Assembly (NCBI GenBank): GCA_963841385.1
Contig: CAWJCO010000002.1
Coordinates: 36,871 to 100,870 of the forward strand
Length of the DNA: 64,000 nt
Direction: 5' to 3'
From: an uncultured Chloroflexia bacterium
Lineage (GTDB): Bacteria; Chloroflexota; Dormibacteria; Aeolococcales; Aeolococcaceae
The notes under the pieces were generated by a model. That model made no database searches, was not told where the DNA came from, and was given only the letters and a program-made list of their open reading frames with translations. Below are positions 1 to 7,536 of the stretch, in pieces (positions within the stretch are counted from its first letter, which is position 1; each line of letters begins with the position of its first letter). The position numbers were made by a program, and so were the translations under genes.

Positions 1-85
1 CGGCCGCCGCGGAAGGTCATCGCGGTGCCCGACCGGATCGTCAACCTGGTGGTGTGAGGGGTCGAACCTCATCCACCCGGGACGA

Positions 86-631
86 TCAGCAGCCTCCGGC
101 GATCGCCGAGCAGGCGGCGTTGGAGGCCGTGATGGCCAGCGGCAGGAAGGCGATCGCCATCACCAGGGCGATCGTGCCGAGCACCAGCCCCACCCGCGCC
201 AGGCCCCTGCCGACCCCCTTCGGGCTCTCCCGAACCAGGCTGACCGCGCCGAACACGAGCGCCAGGGTCGCGACCACGAAGTCCAGGCCCAGCAGCGCGT
301 TGACCCCGGAGACGCCGTTGTAGGTCTGGGCGTTGATGGCGGTGAGCTCGTAGAGGAACCAGTAGAGGGCCGGGATGACCGCCATCGCCAGCCCGACGAT
401 GCCCAGCACGCCAGCCGCCGTCGCCAGCGCGCCGGTCGGCTGGGAGGGCGCGACGGCCACCGGCGGTGGCCAGTAGGGCTGCGCGTAGGGAGGCGGGTAG
501 GGTGACGGGTACACGTACGGCGGGGGTCCCGGCTGGTGGGGTGGCGGCATCGGTCCGGGAGGCGGAGCCGGTCCCGCCGGCGCGGCCGGTCCGGGCTGCG
601 CGGGACCGGTGAGGTCGTCCCCCCCGGTCAT
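86..631 (-). CDS. Pro/Tyr-rich, DUF4190-like small multipass membrane protein
   Basis: 181-aa ORF. The first ~65 aa are P/Y/Q low complexity (PPPYVYPSPYPPPYAQPYWPPP). The rest is hydrophobic helices (GVLGIVGLAMAVIPALYW, LDFVVATLALVFGAV, VGLVLGTIALVMAIAFLPL). Same architecture and Cys-ending C-terminus (..GGC) as the neighbour 645-1118. Confidence 0.6.
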   Translation of the reverse strand: MTGGDDLTGPAQPGPAAPAGPAPPPGPMPPPHQPGPPPYVYPSPYPPPYAQPYWPPPVAVAPSQPTGALATAAGVLGIVGLAMAVIPALYWFLYELTAINAQTYNGVSGVNALLGLDFVVATLALVFGAVSLVRESPKGVGRGLARVGLVLGTIALVMAIAFLPLAITASNAACSAIAGGC

Positions 632-644
632 CGGCTGGAGCCGG

Positions 645-1118
645 CTAGCATCCGTAAACGCCGCAGGTGCTCGTGATCACACCGTAGACGACGATCCAGA
701 AGATGATCCCCAGCACGATGGTGAGCGCCCCGAGTACCAGTCCGGCGATGGCCATCCCCCGGCCCGCCCCGCCCCGCTTGCCGGCGGTGGAGAGGCCGAC
801 CGCGCCGAAGATGATGGCGAGCACGGCGAGGATGAAGTCGACGACCAGGAGCCAGGAGAGGATCAGGCTGAGGATGCCCAGCACCAGGGCGGCGACCGCC
901 ATGCCGTTGCCCTGCTGCGGCGCCGCGTAGGCGTACCCCGTGGGGTACGGCTGGGGCGCGGCGTACGGCTGGGCCGGGTACGCGCCGGGCGCCTGTGCGG
1001 GATAGGGGAAGGGCGGCGGCTGAGCCGGCGGGGGAGAGTAGCCGGGGCCCGGCGGCGGTGCCGGCGGGTACTGACCGCTGCTCGGATCGGGGTTCGGCGG
1101 GTAATCGGAACCGGACAT
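645..1118 (-). CDS. Pro/Tyr-rich, DUF4190-like small multipass membrane protein (tandem paralog)
   Basis: 157-aa ORF. N-terminal PPxY-like low complexity (YPPAPPPGPGYSPPPAQPPPFPYPAQ) followed by helices (MAVAALVLGILSLILSWLLVVDFILAVLAIIFGAVG, GMAIAGLVLGALTIVLGIIFWIVVYG). The C-terminus ends ..CGVYGC. Confidence 0.65.
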   Translation of the reverse strand: MSGSDYPPNPDPSSGQYPPAPPPGPGYSPPPAQPPPFPYPAQAPGAYPAQPYAAPQPYPTGYAYAAPQQGNGMAVAALVLGILSLILSWLLVVDFILAVLAIIFGAVGLSTAGKRGGAGRGMAIAGLVLGALTIVLGIIFWIVVYGVITSTCGVYGC

Positions 1119-1350
1119 CTTCTCTCCCGGGCAGAGTGCTATTGCCCGGAGTTGGCCCCCGGGTTTGCGGGGGATTATGCGCCGTCAGGCGGGTGACTTC
1201 CAGAGCCGCTGAACGCGCTGCTCCCGGCTCCGGGTCTGGTATCCTGCCCCAGCGCACGGACCGCCGTGCTCATTGGCCTGTCCGCCGATGGGTCACTTCC
1301 GCGCCGAGGGCGCGGCGGATCAGCCTCCCCGTCAGCTGTTGCCACGAGCG

Positions 1351-2250
1351 ATGAAAACCCCACTCCCATCGGACGCCTCCCGGACCGAGGCGGCACCTCG
1401 CGAGGTCTATGCGGTCGTCCGCCACGGCGGTCACCAGTACCGGGTCACGCCGGGCGACCGGCTGCTGGTCGATCGGCTGCCCGCCGAGGTCGGCGCCGTG
1501 GTCGGGCTGGAGCCGGTGATCCTGCTCGCCGACGCCGATGGCGTGGCGGTCGACACGGCGAGCCTCGAGGGGATCCGGATCGCCGCCACCGTGGCCGGGC
1601 ACCGGCGCGGAAAGAAGATCCGGGTCTTCACCTTCAAGCCGAAGAAGCGGCATCGCCGGACCCTCGGGTTCCGGGCCGACCTGACCGAGCTGGTCGTCGA
1701 TCGGTTCCTCGCCAGGGGTGAGCCCCTGCCCGAGCCGGTCGAGGTCGAGGAGCCGGAGGTCGAGGAGCCGGAGATCGAGAAGCCGGACATCGAGGAGGCT
1801 CAGCCCGCGGAGATCGCCGCCGAGGAGGTGGTAGAGCCCGCGACGGGACGACCGGCGCCTGCCCGGCGCCGCACCTCACGGGCACGGGCCGCGGAGCCCG
1901 AGGCTGCCGACGAGGCCGGAGCGGCTGCGGTCAAGGCTGGCACCGAGCCCGAGGCCGAGCCTGTCACCGAGTCCGAGGCCGAGCCGCCGGCCCGCCGCCG
2001 GCGCGGTGCCGGGGCGGCGACGGCCGCCGCGACCGCCGTGGAGCCCGAGACCCCCGCCCCCCCTGCCCCCGCGCGGCGCGCCCGGAAGCCGGCCGCCGCC
2101 GCCCTGCCCGAGTCCGCCGGTGCGGAGCCGGCAGCCGCCGCGACCGAGACCGGCGCGGGCGCCGAATCCGAGCCCGCGCCCTCCTCCGGCAGCGCCACGG
2201 GCAAGCGCCGGCGGGAGCGCAAGCCCTCTCCAGCGGAGGAAGGTGAGTAG
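1351..2250 (+). CDS. rplU: 50S ribosomal protein L21 with ~200-aa acidic E/P/A-rich C-terminal extension
   Basis: Core [25 protein letters not shown]...[22 protein letters not shown] is L21. ATG 1351 is the first in-frame ATG upstream of the core. The frame stays open past the normal L21 end and stops 2 nt before the rpmA ATG. Confidence 0.85.
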   Translation: MKTPLPSDASRTEAAPREVYAVVRHGGHQYRVTPGDRLLVDRLPAEVGAVVGLEPVILLADADGVAVDTASLEGIRIAATVAGHRRGKKIRVFTFKPKKRHRRTLGFRADLTELVVDRFLARGEPLPEPVEVEEPEVEEPEIEKPDIEEAQPAEIAAEEVVEPATGRPAPARRRTSRARAAEPEAADEAGAAAVKAGTEPEAEPVTESEAEPPARRRRGAGAATAAATAVEPETPAPPAPARRARKPAAAALPESAGAEPAAAATETGAGAESEPAPSSGSATGKRRRERKPSPAEEGE

Positions 2251-2252
2251 CG

Positions 2253-2630
2253 ATGGCTCACAAGAAAGGCGGGGGGAGCTCCCGCAACGGACGCGATTCG
2301 AACGCCAAGCGGCTCGGGGTCAAGCGGGGCGACGGCTCGCTGGTGCTGGCCGGGACCATCCTGGTCCGCCAGCGCGGAACCAAGATCGTCCCCGGCGGCA
2401 ACGTCGGTGTCGGCCGTGACCACACCCTCTATGCCCTGGCCAGCGGCCTGGTGACCTACGACCGGCAGGGGGGAGATCGGACCCGAGCCAGCGTGCTCGC
2501 CCTCCCGGTGCTGCACCTGACCTCCGTCGACGAGGGGGCCGCCGAGGACGTGGAAGAGCTGGTGCCCTCCGCAGCGGGGCCCGGCGACGGCAGTCGGCAC
2601 GTGACCGGGGCCGTCGAGGCGGCTCGCTGA
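2253..2630 (+). CDS. rpmA: 50S ribosomal protein L27 with ~40-aa acidic C-terminal extension
   Basis: [25 protein letters not shown]...[21 protein letters not shown] is the L27 signature. A GGAGGAAGG Shine-Dalgarno lies just upstream. Conserved rplU-rpmA-obg order. Confidence 0.9.
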   Translation: MAHKKGGGSSRNGRDSNAKRLGVKRGDGSLVLAGTILVRQRGTKIVPGGNVGVGRDHTLYALASGLVTYDRQGGDRTRASVLALPVLHLTSVDEGAAEDVEELVPSAAGPGDGSRHVTGAVEAAR

Positions 2631-2683
2631 CCCACTGGCGGCGCGCGTTCGGCGCGTCCCAGGGCTGAGCCGAGCCCTCACCC

Positions 2684-4045
2684 GTGTTCCTCGACGAGGT
2701 CAGCCTCGACGTCAGCGCCGGCTCCGGTGGCCGCGGCGCGGTCAGCTTCCGGCACGAGAAGTACGTCCCCATGGGCGGCCCGGACGGCGGCGACGGTGGC
2801 CGGGGCGGGAGCGTCGTCCTGGCTGTCGCCGACAACGAGAGCAGCCTCGGCCGCTATCGCGAGCGGCGCCACTTCCACGCTCCCGACGGGCGGGCGGGTG
2901 GTGGAGCCCAGCGGAGCGGCGCCGACGGCGCCGACCTGGTGCTGCCCGTCCCCCCGGGGACGGTGGTCACCGACGCCGAGAGCGGCGAGCTGATCGGGGA
3001 CCTCGCCGGCCCCGGACAGCGCCTGGTGGTGGCCGCGGGTGGCCGGGGCGGCCGGGGCAACGCCCGCTTCGCCGGACCCGTCCGCCAGGCCCCGCGGCTC
3101 AGCCAGCTGGGCGAGCCGGGTGAGCAGCGGCGGATCCGCCTGGAGCTGAAGCTCATCGCCGACGTCGGCCTGGTCGGTCTCCCCAACGCGGGCAAGTCCA
3201 CGCTGCTGGCGGCGTTGACCGGTGCCCGGCCGAAGGTCGCCGCCTACCCCTTCACCACCCTCCACCCCAACCTCGGAGTCGCCGAGCTCGAAGGCGGACG
3301 CTCCCTGGTCCTCGCCGACGTCCCCGGGTTGATCGAGGGCGCCCATCAGGGAGCCGGTCTCGGCACCGAGTTCCTGCGCCACCTGGAGCGGACCAGGGTG
3401 CTCATCCACGTCGTCGACTGCAGCGGCGGTGCGGAGGCCGCCCGGCACTCGATGGCCCAGGTGCTGGCGGAGCTCGAAGCCTTCAGCCCCGCGCTGGCGG
3501 CCAAGCCGGCGATCACGGCGCTCAACAAGATCGACCTCCCCGAGGCCGGCGAGGCGGCCCGGGAGCTGGCCCCGGGACTGGCCCGTGCGCACCTCATCAG
3601 CGCCGCCGCCAGGATGGGCACGGACGCCCTCCTGGAGGAGGCGTCGCGGCTGGTGGCGGACGTCCGCGCCGCCGAGGCCGGGGTGGCGATGACGGGCACC
3701 GCCGCCGGGTCGGAGCCGGCCGGCCCCGCCGGCACCGCGATCGGTGGCCACCGCGTCTACCGGCACATCCCCCGCGCGCCCGAGGCCCCTCGGGTGGAGC
3801 GCGAGCCGGACGGCGCCTACCGGGTCCACGCCCAGGCCGTCGAGCGCCTGGTCGAGCGCACCGACCTCGACGAGGAGGAGGCCGTCTCCGCCCTCCAGCG
3901 GCGGCTGGCGGCGGCGGGAGTGGACGCCGCCCTGGCCGAGGCCGGCTGCCGGGACGGCGACACCGTGCGGATCGCCGGGATCGAGTTCACGTACCTCGCC
4001 GAGCTGGCCGGGCCGCCGAGCCGGTCGCGGCGGCGGGCGCGCTGA
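2684..4045 (+). CDS. obg: GTPase Obg/CgtA
   Basis: Obg N-domain (FLDEVSLDVSAGSGGRGAVSFRHEKYVPMGGPDGGDGGRGG), G1 GLPNAGKST, G3 DVPGLIEGA, G4 NKID, and a C-terminal OCT-like domain. GTG start. The stop overlaps the nadD ATG (TGATG). Confidence 0.95.
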   Translation: MFLDEVSLDVSAGSGGRGAVSFRHEKYVPMGGPDGGDGGRGGSVVLAVADNESSLGRYRERRHFHAPDGRAGGGAQRSGADGADLVLPVPPGTVVTDAESGELIGDLAGPGQRLVVAAGGRGGRGNARFAGPVRQAPRLSQLGEPGEQRRIRLELKLIADVGLVGLPNAGKSTLLAALTGARPKVAAYPFTTLHPNLGVAELEGGRSLVLADVPGLIEGAHQGAGLGTEFLRHLERTRVLIHVVDCSGGAEAARHSMAQVLAELEAFSPALAAKPAITALNKIDLPEAGEAARELAPGLARAHLISAAARMGTDALLEEASRLVADVRAAEAGVAMTGTAAGSEPAGPAGTAIGGHRVYRHIPRAPEAPRVEREPDGAYRVHAQAVERLVERTDLDEEEAVSALQRRLAAAGVDAALAEAGCRDGDTVRIAGIEFTYLAELAGPPSRSRRRAR

Positions 4046-4645
4046 TGGCCGCGGCGCGGGTCGCCGTCTTCGGCGGCACCTTCGACCCCTTCCACCTCGG
4101 CCACCTAGCGGTCGCCGAGCAGGCGCGGGACGGCATCCTGGCGGACGAGACCTGGGTGGTCCCCGCCGGTGTCCCGCCCCTGCACGGACCGGCGCTGGCC
4201 GGCGCCGCCGACCGGCTGGAGATCTGCCGGGCCGCGATCGCCGGCCGTCCGCGAATCTCGGTCCTGGACCTGGAGCTGCGCCGCCCGGGGCCCTCCTACA
4301 CCGTCGACACGATGCGCGACCTCGCGGCGGCGCACCCCGACGTCCAGCTCTGGGTCGTCCTGGGCGCCGACGCGGCCCGGCAGATGACCGCCTGGCACGG
4401 GGCCGCGGAGCTGCTGGCGGGCTACCACTTCGTGCTGGTGAATCGCGCCGGCGAGGCCCTTATCCACCACGCGGAGGCGATCGGCCTCGGCTACCGGCCG
4501 GAGCGGACCCGGGTGGTGGGGATCGAAGTCCCCCGACATCTCGGCCACCGAGATCCGCCGCCGGATCGCGGCCGGAGAGCCGCTGGACGGGCTGGTCAGC
4601 CCGGCGGTCGCGGCGATGATCGCGGCGCGCGGGCTCTACCGGTGA
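4045..4645 (+). CDS. nadD: Nicotinate-nucleotide adenylyltransferase NadD, interrupted as assembled by a 1-nt frame disruption in a C5 run
   Basis: VAVFGGTFDPFHLGHL (HxGH nucleotidyltransferase motif) and the body read in the frame of 4045 up to GIEVP. The conserved C-terminus DISATEIRRRIAAGEPLDGLVSPAVAAMIAARGLYR-stop (ISxTxIR motif) is in the next frame and ends at TGA 4643-4645. The frames join if one C of CCCCC 4530-4534 is skipped. The 230-aa track ORF ending at 4737 is the unshifted read-through. Confidence 0.85.
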
Positions 4646-4727
4646 AACCGGGTGGTGATGCCCCCGCCCGTCGGCCGGCGCCAGGCCTCGTCCTGCCGGC
4701 CGCTGCCGGCAGCAATGGCATAATCGA

Positions 4728-5072
4728 TTGCCCATGACCTCCGAGCAGCTGGTCGAGATGATCAGCGCCGCTGCCGCCGACAAGAAGGCGCGCGACATCG
4801 TGACCATCGATCTGCGGGGCAAGACCACCATCGCCGATTTCTTCGTGGTCTGCGAGGGGGACACCGACCGCCAGGTTAGAGCCATTGTTGACAATATCGA
4901 GGAGGCCTGCCGGGCAAGGGGTCTGCGTCCCCTGCACGTGGCCGGTCTGCGCGATGCCTCCTGGGCGTGCGTGGACTTCGACGCGGTGATCGCCCACGTG
5001 TTCCTCCCTGGGGAGCGCGTCTTCTACGACCTGGAGGGGTTGTGGAGCTCGACCCGGGCTCAGGCCAGCTGA
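4728..5072 (+). CDS. rsfS: Ribosomal silencing factor RsfS (iojap-like)
   Basis: DKKARDIVTIDLRGKTTIADFFVVCEGDTDRQVRAIVDNIEE...DFDAVIAHVFLPGERVFYDLEGLW is typical RsfS. Conserved position after nadD. The start could also be ATG 4734. Confidence 0.9.
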   Translation: MPMTSEQLVEMISAAAADKKARDIVTIDLRGKTTIADFFVVCEGDTDRQVRAIVDNIEEACRARGLRPLHVAGLRDASWACVDFDAVIAHVFLPGERVFYDLEGLWSSTRAQAS

Positions 5073-5243
5073 CCCGCTGGCGCCATCTCCACCCAGCGCC
5101 GGGTCAGGTCCGCTGCTCGGGTGGTCACGCACCGCCGTCGAGCGCGTCCACGTGATGAGTGCGCTTCCTCTCTGCTGAGCTCCTCAACTCCGTCCCTCCC
5201 GGATCGGGCCCGGCTCCGCTCTGTGAGCGACGGCCGGCGCGGC

Positions 5244-6593
5244 TCAGCGGCTGGAGAGGGGCGGGCCCGGGTTGGCGAGGAACTGGCCGAAGTTGACCAC
5301 CGCGAAGAGCATCGCCACCGCGCCGACCGCGATGATCGCGATCAGCGCCGTCTTCTGCCAGACCTGGAGGTCTTTGCCGCCGATGGCCCGCACCGGGGGG
5401 ATGACCAGCCCGATCAGGGCCCCGGCCGCGAAACCGCCCAGGTGGGCGTAGTTGTTGATGTAGCCGGAGAAGGTGAACCCGATGATCACCGTCATCACCA
5501 GGCAGATGAGCACCCACTGGCGCAGTGTGTGGGTCAGGCCCACCGGGACGTTCTTGCCCTGCACCCGGCCCAGCACCAGGATCAGACCGAGGAGGCCCAT
5601 CAGGCCGCCCGAGGCCCCGAGGAAGAGGGCGCTGGAGCCGGGGAGGTTGAGCCCGTAGGCGAGCGCGCTCACCGCGCTGGCGGCGAAGGCCGTCCCGATG
5701 AACGTGGCCAGCATGGTGATCCGCCCGTACATCGGCTCGACGATGCGCCCCAGGATGACCGTGGAGTAGCAGTTGACGAGGAGGTGGAGGGAGAGATACG
5801 AGGTGACGCCGGGGCCGCTGGAGAAGAAGCCGGGGACGTGGAGGATGGCGGTGCTCAGGTACCGCCACCACTGGTCGCCGCCGGCGTAGCCGAGGGCGAT
5901 GCCGCCCACGCCGAGATACCCATTGGCCCACTGGTTCAGCACCGTGTTCTCGATCAGGAAGACGACCACGAAGGTCGCCACCATCGCGTAGGTCAGTCGC
6001 GGGGTGGCGACCAGCGCCCGCCGGACCGGGGCCACGTAGCCTCCGTGAACGGCCTCGCGCTCGGCCAGGTCGACGGCGGCGAGCGTCGGCGCGACCGTCC
6101 CTCCACGCAGCGACCGGGCCGCCGCCCGGACCTCGCCCACCCCGGGTAGCCCGGGTGGTGGTGGGAGCAGGGCGCCCGCCTCGCCGGTGTCGGGGTCGGC
6201 CCAGATCAGGCCGACCTGCACCGCGGGGTGAGCCGGGGGCGGGAGCTGGACACTGAGCGGCGAGAGGGCCACCAGCAGGATGTCGCAGCGGCCGGCCGGC
6301 TGGATGCGCAGGCGCGCGTCCCCCCAGCGCAGCGCCGCCCCGATCCGGCGGTGGAGATCCTCCACCTGGGACGCCGGGTCCGCGGGCGGAGAGAAGAAGC
6401 CCACCAGGGCGGCGCGCGGGCCGGTCCAGGCGACCGCCAGCAGGTCGTAGTCGGGGCCGAGGTCTCCGAGGCGGCTGTCCCGGGGATCGGCGAGCCGGAG
6501 CCGGTACCGGGTGACCAGCCCCATCGCGACCGCTCGTGCCAGCGCCGGTGGCTGTCCCGGGATGGTCTCCCCCGGCGACGTGGTCTCGGTCAT
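5244..6593 (-). CDS. Rhomboid-family intramembrane serine protease with ~215-aa N-terminal cytoplasmic domain of unknown function
   Basis: The C-terminal half has rhomboid helices with the catalytic GASGG (FLGASGGLMGLLG) and downstream YAHLGGFAAGALIG (His). Start taken at ATG 6593 (MTETTSPG) so as not to overlap the divergent gene at 6691. The track ORF extends to 6713. Confidence 0.8.
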   Translation of the reverse strand: MTETTSPGETIPGQPPALARAVAMGLVTRYRLRLADPRDSRLGDLGPDYDLLAVAWTGPRAALVGFFSPPADPASQVEDLHRRIGAALRWGDARLRIQPAGRCDILLVALSPLSVQLPPPAHPAVQVGLIWADPDTGEAGALLPPPPGLPGVGEVRAAARSLRGGTVAPTLAAVDLAEREAVHGGYVAPVRRALVATPRLTYAMVATFVVVFLIENTVLNQWANGYLGVGGIALGYAGGDQWWRYLSTAILHVPGFFSSGPGVTSYLSLHLLVNCYSTVILGRIVEPMYGRITMLATFIGTAFAASAVSALAYGLNLPGSSALFLGASGGLMGLLGLILVLGRVQGKNVPVGLTHTLRQWVLICLVMTVIIGFTFSGYINNYAHLGGFAAGALIGLVIPPVRAIGGKDLQVWQKTALIAIIAVGAVAMLFAVVNFGQFLANPGPPLSSR

Positions 6594-6690
6594 CCGGCCC
6601 AGTCTAGACAGGTGGAGGGTACCGCCCTGCCCGCCACGCGCTATCGTCCACCCGCGATGAGCCGCTCCTCCGCCCGCCGGCCGCCCCGCC

Positions 6691-7536
6691 ATGACCGCTG
6701 AGCCGCGGCTCACCCTCGGCGCCCTCTATCGCGAGATGCGGGCGGGGCACGGCGACGCCGGCCGCGTCAGGGTGACCCTGGAGTTCCAGCAACGGACCAT
6801 CGCGGTGGCCGGGGATGGCGCGACCGAGCCCGCCTACCTCATGCTGGAGACCCTCCTCGAATACGAGGATCGGGTGCTCGACCGGGCCCAGGTGGGCCTG
6901 CTCGGGTCCGGGCCGCCGAAGCGGTTTATGGTCGCGCGGCACGGCGACGGCTACGCCTACACGCTGGACGGCGGCGCCCACTGGGGGAGGCTCGACACCC
7001 ACCCCCGGATCTTCAGCCTGGAGGACTTCGAGGCGGAGCTCGGTGAGATCGCGGTGGAGGACGCGACCTTCGATGTCCTCACCGGGGTGCGGATCGGCGA
7101 GGGGCCGCCGGGAGCGGAGCCGCTCCCCGACGGTGAGCTGGCGGGCGTGCCCGAGCGCTTCGTCGACGCGCTGGACGTCAGCCTCGACCGGAAGGCCTTC
7201 CTGCGCCTGCTCCGGGTCTTCTCGGCCGATGCCGACGACGATCTCGACGACGCGCCGCTCCTCGACGCCTTCTCGGTGAGCCTGGAGGCCGCCGAGGACG
7301 TCTCGCTGCAGTACTGGTGGTCGCTCAGCGACACCGGTTTCGCGGCCGCCGGCATCCCGGTCAGGGTCCGCTGTAGCGTGTCGATCCGGGTCGCCGCCCT
7401 GGGCGCGGCCGAATCGGCGGCGGTCAGCCTCGACCAGGATCTGCCCGACGTCGCCGATCTCGACGGGGTCTGGGCGATCCTTCGCCGCGGCCCCGCGGGC
7501 GCCGAGCCCGAGGCGGGCCCTCCCGGAGAAGGCTGA
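6691..7536 (+). CDS. Hypothetical acidic protein
   Basis: 281-aa ORF that fills the gap between the rhomboid gene (divergent) and the PBP gene (convergent, abutting at 7536/7537). Non-repetitive composition. No motif recognised. Confidence 0.5.
   Translation: MTAEPRLTLGALYREMRAGHGDAGRVRVTLEFQQRTIAVAGDGATEPAYLMLETLLEYEDRVLDRAQVGLLGSGPPKRFMVARHGDGYAYTLDGGAHWGRLDTHPRIFSLEDFEAELGEIAVEDATFDVLTGVRIGEGPPGAEPLPDGELAGVPERFVDALDVSLDRKAFLRLLRVFSADADDDLDDAPLLDAFSVSLEAAEDVSLQYWWSLSDTGFAAAGIPVRVRCSVSIRVAALGAAESAAVSLDQDLPDVADLDGVWAILRRGPAGAEPEAGPPGEG

Noticed and set aside
1-57. 18 codons plus TGA (..RKVIAVPDRIVNLVV-stop) that could be the 3-prime end of a plus-strand gene entering the window
   Set aside because: Too short to identify or to distinguish from chance in GC-rich DNA.
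1119-1350. Possible L21-leader or promoter elements upstream of rplU (TATCCT at ~1241, hairpin CCGCGCC-gag-GGCGCGG at ~1300)
   Set aside because: No acceptable -35 element, and I cannot match the structure to the known L21 leader from memory. The patterns are weak for GC-rich sequence.
4045-4737. 230-aa form of NadD from the ORF track
   Set aside because: Its last ~65 residues are Arg/Pro/Gly-rich, lack the ISxTxIR motif and overlap rsfS. The canonical C-terminus is in the next frame.
5073-5243. Intergenic region between rsfS and the rhomboid gene, scanned for SRP RNA or another small RNA (contains GTCAGGTCCG)
   Set aside because: The SRP helix-8 consensus (GGAAGGAAGCAGC-type) is missing and no convincing conserved structure is seen. 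This is probably only convergent terminator space.
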